Of a DNA stretch of 64,000 nucleotides, positions 9,047 to 17,673 are shown one piece after another. Position 1 is the stretch's first letter, and each line of letters begins with the position of its first letter. The position numbers were made by a program, and so were the translations under genes. A model generated the notes under the pieces. That model was not told the DNA's origin. It saw nothing but the letters and a program-made list of their open reading frames with translations, and did no database searches. This DNA comes from Sphingomonadales bacterium (GTDB lineage Bacteria > Pseudomonadota > Alphaproteobacteria > Sphingomonadales > Sphingomonadaceae). The stretch lies in contig JAIXPC010000011.1 of NCBI GenBank assembly GCA_027486415.1, forward strand, positions 43,411 to 107,410, read 5' to 3'.

Positions 9047-9517
9047 TTACTTGGCAGCAATCACGGTCAGTTCCACCAGGAACTGCGGGCCGGCCAGCGC
9101 GGCGACCTGCATGGTGGTGCGGGTGGTGGTGGTGGGGTTCTCGGCGTTGTTGAAGAACTCGGCGAACCCGGCGTTGAACCCGGCGAAGTCCATCTTGCCG
9201 TCCATCCCCGGCGCCGCGACCAGATAGGCATCCATGCGCACGATGTCCTTCATGGTCATGCCGTGCGCGGCCAGCAGCTCCTTGATCTTCTTCAGCGTGC
9301 TGATCGTCTGGGCCTTGGTGTCGCCATAGTCGTTGCCGCCCGGCGTGGCGGGGGAGGCGAGATTGCCCGACAGGTAGACGGTGGTGGCGCCGGCCTTGAC
9401 CTTGGCGGCAGTGAGGATGCGGCCGCCGGGTGTGCCGACCTTTTCGACATTCTGGGCGGTGGCCGGGGCGGCAATGGCCAGGGCGAGGCCGGCGGCGGCG
9501 AGGATGATGGACTTCAT
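9047..9517 (-). CDS. RidA/YjgF family protein with Sec signal peptide
   Basis: Track ORF 9047..9907 trimmed to ATG 9517 preceded by GGAGGGA. MKSIILAAAGLALAIAAPATAQN signal, then a RidA-like core (TVYLSGNL...TTMQVAALAGPQFLVELTVIA). Confidence 0.8.
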   Translation of the reverse strand: MKSIILAAAGLALAIAAPATAQNVEKVGTPGGRILTAAKVKAGATTVYLSGNLASPATPGGNDYGDTKAQTISTLKKIKELLAAHGMTMKDIVRMDAYLVAAPGMDGKMDFAGFNAGFAEFFNNAENPTTTTRTTMQVAALAGPQFLVELTVIAAK

Positions 9518-9535
9518 GGTTGCTCCCTCCTGATG

Positions 9536-9571
9536 AAAAACGAAACGGGCGGCAGGATTGCCCTGCCGCCC
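9536..9571 (-). terminator. rho-independent terminator after the TonB receptor gene
   Basis: Minus strand reads GGGCGGCAGGgcaatCCTGCCGCCC followed by gtttcgttttt. Confidence 0.7.
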
Positions 9572-9605
9572 GTCCGTTGCAAGCGATATTGCGCGTTGTC
9601 GCCGA

Positions 9606-12335
9606 TCAGAACTTGGCGGTGGCGCGCACGTACCAGAACCCGCCGGCCTGACCGATCGGGGCCGAGCCCGGATAGATCGAACCGTTGGCCTGGCCGCCGG
9701 TCGACGGATAGGCGTTGCGGGTTTCGACACGCGGGAAGGTGTTGAACAGGTTTTCGACACCAACGGCGAGACGATAATTCTCTTCGATGGTGACACCAGC
9801 TTCGAAATCGAGGCTGACCTGCGACGGGAAGGTCTTGCCCCATTCGCCCACGTTGCCGGCGGGGTTCGGCGCCGGATACAGGGCGCGGAACGCCACCGGA
9901 TCAACACCGGCCGGCACGGAGCCGATCGGCGCGAAGTAGGTGGTGAACTTGCCGAAATAGTTGAAGCGTGCCGTGAAATCGAACGCGCCCGTGGTGAAGT
10001 TTTCCGACAGGACGGCGCGCCAACGCGGGTTGCTGTCCTCGATGTTGCCCAGACGGGTGTTGTCGATCAGGCTGAGCGTGCGGGTGTCGGTGGGACGCAC
10101 CGCCGACAGCGCGATCGTCTTGCGATCGGTGACCTTGGTCCGGTTGTAGTTCACCGCCAGGCTGGTGTTGAACCGGCCGACGCCCGTATCCGCACGGTGG
10201 CTCAGAACGATGTCAAAGCCCTGGGTGCGGGTGCGGAAGCCGTTGGTGAAATAGTTCACCTGGCCCAGATCGAGCGCGGTCGGCAGACCGGCGGCCAGCA
10301 GCGCCTGCTGGTCGGCCAGAGTCAGGTTCACCGAGGAGGTGATGCCGATACGGTCACGCACGACGATGTTGTAGGCGTCGACCGTCAGGTTGAAGCCGCC
10401 ACCCGGCGTGACCACGAAGCCGCCCGAGAACGAGACCGACTTTTCCGGGGTGAGCGGCTTGGAACCGAAATAGGTGGCCGACAGGCTGTCAGGACGCGCC
10501 GTCTGCACCGCCACCGGAACCGGGCTGCCCTGCGGGAAGTTGGTCTGGGTGTTCTGGGTGTATTGCTGACCCGGCGTCGGAGCGCGGAAGCCGGTCGACG
10601 CCGCGCCGCGCACGGCGAACACGTCGTTGATGGCCCAGCGTGCCGAGAACTTGCCGTTGAAGGTGCTGCCGAAGTCGTTGAAATAATCGTAGCGGGCAGC
10701 GACGCCGAGATCGAGGCCCTCAACCGCCTCGACTTCGAAATCGAGGTAGGCCGAATAGTTGTTGCGGCCGCCTTCAACCACCGAATCCGGGCCAAAGCCG
10801 GGGAAGCCGTTGGCACCGACCGGCTTGGTCACGTTGAACGTGGAGCCATCGGCGCGCCGCACGAGCTGCGAACCATAGATGCCCGGTTCCCACGACGCGC
10901 GGTCGCCAAGACCGACCGCGAAGGCTTCACGGCGGAATTCGAGACCGGCAGCGATGAACAGCGGCTTGTAGAGGCCGATATCGGTTTCATAGCTGAAGTC
11001 GGCGTTCAGGTTGTATTCCTGCTGCGTGACCTTGCCGAGGTAGAAATCCGTCGGCGACTGCGGACCCAGCGACGGGTTCAGCGTGTCGTACATGAAGTAA
11101 CGGATCTGGTTGCGGCCATAGGAGGCGGTGAGGTCATACTTCAGGCCACCATCGGTCGAACCCTTGTAGCCGGCGACGAACGACATGTCTTCGATCGACG
11201 CTTCGAACACGGGCACGAAGCCGTTCGGGTAGATGGTGGTTTCCGACCAGGTGCGGCCGTTTTCGGCGAAGATCGCGCGGCCCGACACCGGATCGGTGCC
11301 GACTCGATCAAGATACCACAGGCTGTTGATCGACTTGGAGAAGGTGCCGGTGCCCGGACGAAGCGGGATGTCCGGCGCGCTCACCGAGATCGGACGGCGA
11401 TAGTTGAAGTCGTTCGACTGGCGCTGCCAGCCATAGTTGCCGAACATGTAGACTTCATCGCCATCACCAACCGGCACGGCCGAGTTCCACACCACGCGAT
11501 AGGCGCGGTTGGACGGCTGGCCCAGGATGTTGCCGGTCGGGCGCGGCGGCGTGATGCCGGCGGCGATCAGCGGCGCGATTTCCGGACGGCGCACCGAACG
11601 GTCGAACACGTTCTGATCGATGAATTCGCCGGTGATGTTGAAGAAGCCGCCATCACCCAGCTTGAAGCCGGCGTTGGCGCTCAGCTGCAGGTCTTCACCG
11701 TCGCCGCGATAGGTCTGGCCGTAACGGGCAGCGAGGTTCAGGCCGCTGTCGGCCCGGTTCAGGCCGATGTTGATGACGCCGGCGATGGCGTCCGACCCGT
11801 ACTGGGCGGCGGCGCCGTCGCGCAGCACTTCGATCCGGTTCACGGCCGGGCTGGAGATCTGCGACAGGTCAGGACCCTGCGAACCCGCGTTCAGCGAGTC
11901 ACCGGTCACCTGCACAAGCGCCGAACGGTGCATGCGCTTGCCGTTGATCAGCACCAGGATCTGGTCGGCCGGAAGGCCGCGCAGGTTGGGCGGACGGACG
12001 AAGGCCGAGGCGTCGCCCAAGAGGTTGCGGTTCTGGTTGAACGAAGGAACCAGCGTTTTCAGGATGTTCTGCAGCTGCGGCGACGGCTGCGCCTTGAAAT
12101 CGTCGGCGCTGAACACGTCGATCGGCACCGGGCTTTCGGCGACAGTGCGATCGGTACGGCGGGTGCCGGTCACGATGATCGTCGTGTCTTCCTTGGTCTC
12201 TTCGGCGCCAGCGGCGGCGGTGGCGGCCTGATCATCGGCAGCAAACGCCGGAGCGGCCATGCCGGCCAGCATCAGCGCCGCGACCGAGGTGGCCAGCTTG
12301 AAGTCGGCCGAACGGGCCCGTTGGTGAATTCGCAT
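9606..12335 (-). CDS. TonB-dependent receptor
   Basis: 909 aa. Signal peptide, TonB-box-like TTIIVTGTR, plug (RIEVLRDGAAAQYGSDAIAGVINI), and a beta-barrel ending YVRATAKF. Confidence 0.92.
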   Translation of the reverse strand: MRIHQRARSADFKLATSVAALMLAGMAAPAFAADDQAATAAAGAEETKEDTTIIVTGTRRTDRTVAESPVPIDVFSADDFKAQPSPQLQNILKTLVPSFNQNRNLLGDASAFVRPPNLRGLPADQILVLINGKRMHRSALVQVTGDSLNAGSQGPDLSQISSPAVNRIEVLRDGAAAQYGSDAIAGVINIGLNRADSGLNLAARYGQTYRGDGEDLQLSANAGFKLGDGGFFNITGEFIDQNVFDRSVRRPEIAPLIAAGITPPRPTGNILGQPSNRAYRVVWNSAVPVGDGDEVYMFGNYGWQRQSNDFNYRRPISVSAPDIPLRPGTGTFSKSINSLWYLDRVGTDPVSGRAIFAENGRTWSETTIYPNGFVPVFEASIEDMSFVAGYKGSTDGGLKYDLTASYGRNQIRYFMYDTLNPSLGPQSPTDFYLGKVTQQEYNLNADFSYETDIGLYKPLFIAAGLEFRREAFAVGLGDRASWEPGIYGSQLVRRADGSTFNVTKPVGANGFPGFGPDSVVEGGRNNYSAYLDFEVEAVEGLDLGVAARYDYFNDFGSTFNGKFSARWAINDVFAVRGAASTGFRAPTPGQQYTQNTQTNFPQGSPVPVAVQTARPDSLSATYFGSKPLTPEKSVSFSGGFVVTPGGGFNLTVDAYNIVVRDRIGITSSVNLTLADQQALLAAGLPTALDLGQVNYFTNGFRTRTQGFDIVLSHRADTGVGRFNTSLAVNYNRTKVTDRKTIALSAVRPTDTRTLSLIDNTRLGNIEDSNPRWRAVLSENFTTGAFDFTARFNYFGKFTTYFAPIGSVPAGVDPVAFRALYPAPNPAGNVGEWGKTFPSQVSLDFEAGVTIEENYRLAVGVENLFNTFPRVETRNAYPSTGGQANGSIYPGSAPIGQAGGFWYVRATAKF

Positions 12336-12682
12336 CTTGTCAGTCCCCTGGTTGTATCAGAACCCACGGTTGGAAGTTCGATTGCAGTCGGCCCCTGTTC
12401 CGCAGCAACATCCTCTTCCAACCTGTCACCGGATCGCAAAGGCCTTTGCCAATTCGATCCTGCGCTGCCGGCAAATTGGCAACGTCCCCCCTGCGTCTGT
12501 CCACAAAGCTTATGTTTCAGCCCTGCAACCGGATTCAGGTCTTTGCCTTGAAGCGCGAACAGATGCTGCATGACATACGCCATTCAGGCACGAAATATTT
12601 GCCCGTGGGGATGTGGCAGCAATGATACAGTTGTCGTGCGTGGCCTTGGCGCAACAGTTTTGGCGCCCGGCTTACGAAAAGG
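12336..12682 (-). promoter_or_regulatory. long (about 340 nt) structured non-coding leader/promoter region upstream of the TonB receptor
   Basis: No credible ORF. Contains a 9-bp stem hairpin at 12368..12423 and two overlapping hairpins at 12446..12482 and 12431..12460. Confidence 0.35.
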
Positions 12683-13225
12683 TCACAATATTTTGCTCAT
12701 CGGCACAAAGCGTACCGCCACGCCGCCGCAATCGACACTGATGGCCGGCAGCGGCTGATATCCATGGGCGGCATAGAATGGCTCGCCGGGCAAGGTGGCC
12801 ATCAATTCGGTGCGCGTGAAGCCAGCGGCGGCCGCCGCATCCTCGCAAGCCTTGAGCAGGGCCGCACCGACACCGCGCCTTGCCGCCTGCGGTGCAACAA
12901 AAAACGCCCGGATCTTGGCGGCGTCCCGCGTCGGATCGAGCAGGCCTGACGCGCGGCCGGAGAACCGGTCCGATCCGAACAGGGTCGCGCGCCTGCTCCA
13001 GCCGCCGCAGCCCAGAACACCATCGTGGCTTTCGACCACGAGGTAGGTGCCATCGCCCACCAATTCGCTGTCAACGCCAAAGACATGGGCGATCGCCGCT
13101 TCGGTTTCCTGTTCGCTGTAGAAGCCCTGGCTCAGCACCCGCGCCGATGCGGTGATGAGGGCTTCCAGTGCGGGCACTTCGTCCGGGCGGGCCGGTCGGA
13201 TCGAAGGGCTGGTCATGGCAGTCAT
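12683..13225 (-). CDS. GNAT family N-acetyltransferase
   Basis: 180 aa. Acetyl-CoA motif FFVAPQAARRGVGAALL. 4-nt overlap with the upstream amidohydrolase gene. Confidence 0.8.
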   Translation of the reverse strand: MTAMTSPSIRPARPDEVPALEALITASARVLSQGFYSEQETEAAIAHVFGVDSELVGDGTYLVVESHDGVLGCGGWSRRATLFGSDRFSGRASGLLDPTRDAAKIRAFFVAPQAARRGVGAALLKACEDAAAAAGFTRTELMATLPGEPFYAAHGYQPLPAISVDCGGVAVRFVPMSKIL

Positions 13226-14919
13226 GCGGCGTGCTGCCGGCGGCCATCGACCACGGTTTCGATGATGGCGATATCCTTGATCCGGTCGGGCGCAATCGCG
13301 GTCGGATCATCGGCCAGCACGACATAGTCGGCAAGCTTGCCGGGTGTCAGGCTGCCCTTGATCGCCTCCTCGTGCGCGGCCCACGCACCGTTCAGCGTGT
13401 TGATGCGGATGGCTTCCAGAACCGAAACACGCTGGTTCGCCCCCCAGGTCTCGCCATTCCAGCCGGTGCGGGTGACCATGCCCTGGATGCCCATCAGCGG
13501 CGCGAACGGGCCGGGGAAGAAATCACTGCCGGCGCACACCCTGATGCCGTGATCGAGGAAGCTGCGGAAGGCCATCGCATTGGCCATGCGATCGGCGCCG
13601 TAAAATCCGAACTTGTCGCTGTTGTAATAGGCATAGGTGGTGAAGGGCGCCGGCACCGCGCCGATCGCCGCCATGCGTTTCAGCAGGCTTTCGTTGACCA
13701 GCGTGCAGTGGGTGATCTTGGGGCGCAGATCCTTGACCGGCACTCTGGCCAGCGCGCGTTCGAAGGCGGTGAGCGCCATGCCGATCGTCACGTCGCCATT
13801 GGCGTGGATATTGGGCTGGATGCCGGCGCGCACAACCTTTTCCACCCAGGCGTCCAGCACCTCCTGCGGTTCGGTGATGTTGCCGTAATAGGGCGGGGTG
13901 CGCCCGGCATACGGCGTGGACAGTGCCATGGTTCGTTCGGAGAAACTGCCATCGGCCAGATGCTCGGCGGTCGCGCCCAGCCGGATCCAGTCATCGCCAA
14001 AACCGGTCTTCAGCCCGGCCGCGATCAGGCGGTCGACCATTTGCCCTTGCGCCTCGTAACTCACCCGGTGCTTCAGCCCGCCCGCTGCGCGCACATCCTG
14101 GATGGCGGCCAGATCGCCGCCCTGATGATGGACGGTGGTCAGGCCATAGCGGCTGAAGGCGCCGCTGATATGGGCCAGGCCGGCGCGGGTGCGGCGGGCG
14201 CGCTCGGCAGCGTCTATGGCGGGGCGCTGGCCCTTTTCCTCGACGATGTCGATGGCGTTGTCGGTGATGCGGCCGCTCAGCCGGCCATCGGGCAGGCGAT
14301 CAAAGGTGCCGCCGGGCGGATTGGGCGTGGCTGCCGTCACGTTGGCCAGCGCGAGCGCCGCGTGGTTGACGAACACGGTGTGGCCGCCGCGATGGCGCAC
14401 CATCACGGGGTGGACCGTGCTGACCTTGTCGAGATCGTCGGCCGTGAGCTGCCGGCCGTCCTTCAGCTTGGTATCGTCGTGGAAATAGCCTTCCACCCAA
14501 TAGCCGGGCGGCGTGGTCGCGGCCCTGGCCTTCAGCTTGTCGATGATCGACTGGATGGTGACGAACTCCACCTCATACGGATTGCCGACCAGCACTTCAT
14601 ACAGCAGCACATCGCCGATCGGATGGTTGTGGCAATCGATGAAGCCGGGGACGACGCAGGCACCTTTCAGATCGGTCACGCGCGTTCGCGGGCCGGCAAG
14701 GCTGCGGACATCGTCGCCGCCCACCGCCAGGATGCGCCCATCCTTGATTGCCATCGCCGTGGCGCGCGGGCGGGCATCGTCCATGGTGATCAGCCGGCCG
14801 TTCACCAGCACCTGATCGGCATCGCCTTCATGGGCAGCGGTGCGCGCGGCCCACCCGGCCCAGAGCGGCGCGGCCAGCGCGGCCGTGATGACGTGGCGAC
14901 GATTGGTGGCGATGGTCAT
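13222..14919 (-). CDS. amidohydrolase family protein (YtcJ-like, Amidohydro_3) with Tat-type signal
   Basis: 565 aa. Twin-arginine TNRRHVITAAL, metal motif GFIDCHNHP, and C-terminal GSLTPGKLADYVVL. Confidence 0.85.
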   Translation of the reverse strand: MTIATNRRHVITAALAAPLWAGWAARTAAHEGDADQVLVNGRLITMDDARPRATAMAIKDGRILAVGGDDVRSLAGPRTRVTDLKGACVVPGFIDCHNHPIGDVLLYEVLVGNPYEVEFVTIQSIIDKLKARAATTPPGYWVEGYFHDDTKLKDGRQLTADDLDKVSTVHPVMVRHRGGHTVFVNHAALALANVTAATPNPPGGTFDRLPDGRLSGRITDNAIDIVEEKGQRPAIDAAERARRTRAGLAHISGAFSRYGLTTVHHQGGDLAAIQDVRAAGGLKHRVSYEAQGQMVDRLIAAGLKTGFGDDWIRLGATAEHLADGSFSERTMALSTPYAGRTPPYYGNITEPQEVLDAWVEKVVRAGIQPNIHANGDVTIGMALTAFERALARVPVKDLRPKITHCTLVNESLLKRMAAIGAVPAPFTTYAYYNSDKFGFYGADRMANAMAFRSFLDHGIRVCAGSDFFPGPFAPLMGIQGMVTRTGWNGETWGANQRVSVLEAIRINTLNGAWAAHEEAIKGSLTPGKLADYVVLADDPTAIAPDRIKDIAIIETVVDGRRQHAA

Positions 14920-14974
14920 GGCAAGTCTCCCCCATCACCATCGTTGCGCCGTCGCGCGCTTTAGGCAAGCCTCG

Positions 14975-16096
14975 TCAGGCGCGAACGGTGCCGCGACGGC
15001 GGGCGATGACGCCCACCATGGCAAAGCCGAGCAGCATCGTCATCCAGGTGCCGGGTTCCGGCACCGGATCGAACACGTTGCCCAGCACGTTGAGCGTGAG
15101 TTCATAGTTGCGGATGCCGACGCCGCCCGGCGCGTAATCGCGCAGGAAGAATCGATAGACCCCGCTCGCCACGCCTAGGCTGAGCGGGTTCAACGTCACG
15201 GAGAAGCTGGTGGATCCGTTGGCGGCCAGGTTCAGGAACGGCGATGCGGTGGTGCTGAACAGCGGGTTGCCGGGGCCAGTGATCTGGTAGAGTTCAAGGC
15301 CGGCGGTATTGATGTCACCGATGTTGAACAGCGAGACGCTCAGCGACACCGGGCCAGCCCGGTTGGAGATGGTGCCAAAATCCAGCGTGTCACTGGTGAC
15401 GATCGACGTGCCGCGGAACGACGGGGTGGCAAATTTCAGATAGTCATAGGCCAGCGTGTAGCTGTTGCTGGTGTTGCCGACCACTGCCGTGGTGGTCGCC
15501 CTGGCGCTCGTCAGACCGGCACCGGTCGCCGTGATCGATGTGTTGGCGGCATTGACCTGTGTCGCGAAGGACAGGGTGCCGGGGCTGCCCGTCACCAGGC
15601 CGGCGAGACCGGCGGCGCTGGCGGCCACGCTGCCGGCCAGGGTGCCCGTGCGGGTGATCGTGTTGTTGCCGGATGCATTGGCGCAGTCGCCGCCGTTGCA
15701 GCCTTCGGTGAGCGCGAATGTGGGCGAGCTGAGGGTGCCGCCGGCAAAGGTCACAGACGTGGAAACGGTGGACGACGCATCGACCGTGCGCGAGCCCGAC
15801 CCCGGCCCGGTGACAGCCAGCGACACCGAATAGGGGATGTTCACGCTGACGCGCGCACCGACAAGGATGCCCGTTGACGTGTCAAACTTGCTGAGCGGAA
15901 CCAGCGTGTTGCTAGACGCGCTGGTCGTGCCGGGGAAGCTGGCGGTGCCCGCACCCGTGCGTGACTGGGTTTGGGTTACCGTGGTCTGGCCACCGGTGAA
16001 GTTTTGCGTGGTCGTCAGCGCCGTTTGCGCCAGCGACGGCGCGGCCAACCCCGCCCCGACGGCGAACAGCAGAACAGATTTGGAAAAATACGACAC
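14975..16096 (-). CDS. PEP-CTERM (PEPxxW variant) sorting-domain protein, Thr/Ser/Gly-rich secreted protein
   Basis: GTG start. Signal peptide ending SLAQT. C-terminus VPEPGTWMTMLLGFAMVGVIARRRGTVRA matches PEP motif + TM helix + Arg cluster. Confidence 0.8.
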   Translation of the reverse strand: MSYFSKSVLLFAVGAGLAAPSLAQTALTTTQNFTGGQTTVTQTQSRTGAGTASFPGTTSASSNTLVPLSKFDTSTGILVGARVSVNIPYSVSLAVTGPGSGSRTVDASSTVSTSVTFAGGTLSSPTFALTEGCNGGDCANASGNNTITRTGTLAGSVAASAAGLAGLVTGSPGTLSFATQVNAANTSITATGAGLTSARATTTAVVGNTSNSYTLAYDYLKFATPSFRGTSIVTSDTLDFGTISNRAGPVSLSVSLFNIGDINTAGLELYQITGPGNPLFSTTASPFLNLAANGSTSFSVTLNPLSLGVASGVYRFFLRDYAPGGVGIRNYELTLNVLGNVFDPVPEPGTWMTMLLGFAMVGVIARRRGTVRA

Positions 16097-16140
16097 AGAC
16101 CCCGACCTTTGATCCCGCTTCGTGGGATTGCACGTGGGTC

Positions 16141-16156
16141 AGCAAGAATTGTGCCA
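16141..16156 (-). promoter_or_regulatory. sigma54 (RpoN) -24/-12 promoter of the PEP-CTERM gene
   Basis: Minus strand reads cgcTGGCACaattcTTGCTga, an exact TGGCAC-N5-TTGC. The -12 element is about 46 nt upstream of the GTG start. Confidence 0.7.
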
Positions 16157-16362
16157 GCGTCCAGGTGGCGGCATAAGCCACTGAGAAAAAACAATAGTTA
16201 AGAATAAATTAACAGCTGAAATGTAAGGAAATCCGACGATTTGGCGCCGAAATGGAGGGATCCTCTGCCAAGTTGGCGCTTTGCCCATCCTCCCCCAATC
16301 AGCCAGTTTTGCAGCGCTGTCCCGCGGCTCACACTGGCCGCCCAAGCCCCAGGGAGTTCGCC

Positions 16363-17655
16363 ATGGATTTTGCGCTGCCAGCCGATCTGATCGCCTATCT
16401 GGGCGAGCTTGACGATTTCATCGCGACCGAGATCAAGCCGCTGGAGAACCAGGACGACAATATCCGGTTTTTCGACCATCGCCGCGAATGGGCGCGCACC
16501 GATTTCGAACATGGCGGCCTGCCGCGCCGGGAATGGGAACTGTTGCTGCGCGAGGCCACCATCCGCGCCGACAAGGCCGGCCACTGGCGCTTTTCGGCAC
16601 CCAAAAAATATGGCGGCAAGGATGGCAGCAATTTGTGGATGGCAGTGATCCGCGACCGCTTTGCCGCCAAGGGCCTCGGCCTCCACAATGATCTGCAGAA
16701 CGAGCACAGCATCGTCGGCAATTTCCCCTTTGTCGCGATGTTCGAGACATTTGGTACCGAGGCGCAGAAGGAAGAATTCATCCTGGGCGGCTTTGCCCGC
16801 CAGCGCATCACCGCCTTCGGCTTGACCGAACCGCACCACGGATCGGACGCCACCCACATGGAAACGCGGGCCGTGCCGGAAACCCGTGACGGTGTCGCCG
16901 GCTGGCGGATCAATGGCGAGAAGATGTGGACGACGGGGATGCACGTCGCCACCCATTGCGCCACCTTTGCCCGCACCTCCGGCGCCGATGGTTCGGCCCG
17001 CGGGATCAGCTGTTTCCTGGTTCCGACCAGCACGCCGGGCCTGAAGATCGAGGAATATCTGTGGACGTTCAATATGCCCACCGATCACCCGCGGGTCAGC
17101 TTTACCGATGTGTGGGTGCCGGAAAGCGCGCTGTTGGGGCCGATTGATGGCGGGCTGGCGCTGGCGCAGAGCTTCGTTCACCAGAACCGTATCCGCCAGG
17201 CGGCATCGTCACTGGGCGCGGCGACATTTTGCGTCGAAGAATCCGTGCGTTACGCGCGCACCCGCAAGCCGTTCGGCGAGGCGCTGTCGAAGAACCAGGC
17301 CATCCAGTTCCCGCTGGTGGAACTCGCCACCCAGTGCGAGATGCTGCGCCTGCTGATCTACAAGACGGCGTGGGACATGGACCAGATGCCGCACGAGGCG
17401 ATCGAAAGCCAATTGTCGGACAAGATTTCCATGTGCAATTACTGGGCGAACCGGCTGGTGTGCGAGGCCGCCGACCGGGCGATGCAGGTGCATGGCGGTA
17501 TCGGTTACAGCCGTCACAAGCCCTTCGAGCATATCTTCCGCCACCACCGCCGTTATCGCATCACCGAAGGATCGGAAGAGATCCAGATGCGCAAGGTGGC
17601 GGCCTATCTGTTCGGCTATCTGGGCCCGCGAAAGAAGTTGTTCGCCGACCTGTAA
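16363..17655 (+). CDS. acyl-CoA dehydrogenase family protein
   Basis: Track ORF 16252..17655 trimmed to ATG 16363 preceded by AGGGAG. Typical ACAD core (ITAFGLTEPHHGSD, QVHGGIGYS, RITEGSEEIQ). Confidence 0.88.
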   Translation: MDFALPADLIAYLGELDDFIATEIKPLENQDDNIRFFDHRREWARTDFEHGGLPRREWELLLREATIRADKAGHWRFSAPKKYGGKDGSNLWMAVIRDRFAAKGLGLHNDLQNEHSIVGNFPFVAMFETFGTEAQKEEFILGGFARQRITAFGLTEPHHGSDATHMETRAVPETRDGVAGWRINGEKMWTTGMHVATHCATFARTSGADGSARGISCFLVPTSTPGLKIEEYLWTFNMPTDHPRVSFTDVWVPESALLGPIDGGLALAQSFVHQNRIRQAASSLGAATFCVEESVRYARTRKPFGEALSKNQAIQFPLVELATQCEMLRLLIYKTAWDMDQMPHEAIESQLSDKISMCNYWANRLVCEAADRAMQVHGGIGYSRHKPFEHIFRHHRRYRITEGSEEIQMRKVAAYLFGYLGPRKKLFADL

Positions 17656-17673
17656 TGATGGCAAGCAGGCGCC

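Noticed and set aside
9558-12551. 997-aa plus-strand ORF
   Set aside because: Antisense to the TonB-dependent receptor (9606..12335). No recognisable domains.
12336-12682. TPP or cobalamin riboswitch upstream of the TonB receptor
   Set aside because: ACCTGAATCCGG and GCCGACTG are only superficially similar to the THI-box and B12-box. The CUGAGA element, the P3-P5 architecture and the GGGAA/GCCACUG cores are absent. Retained only as an unclassified structured leader.
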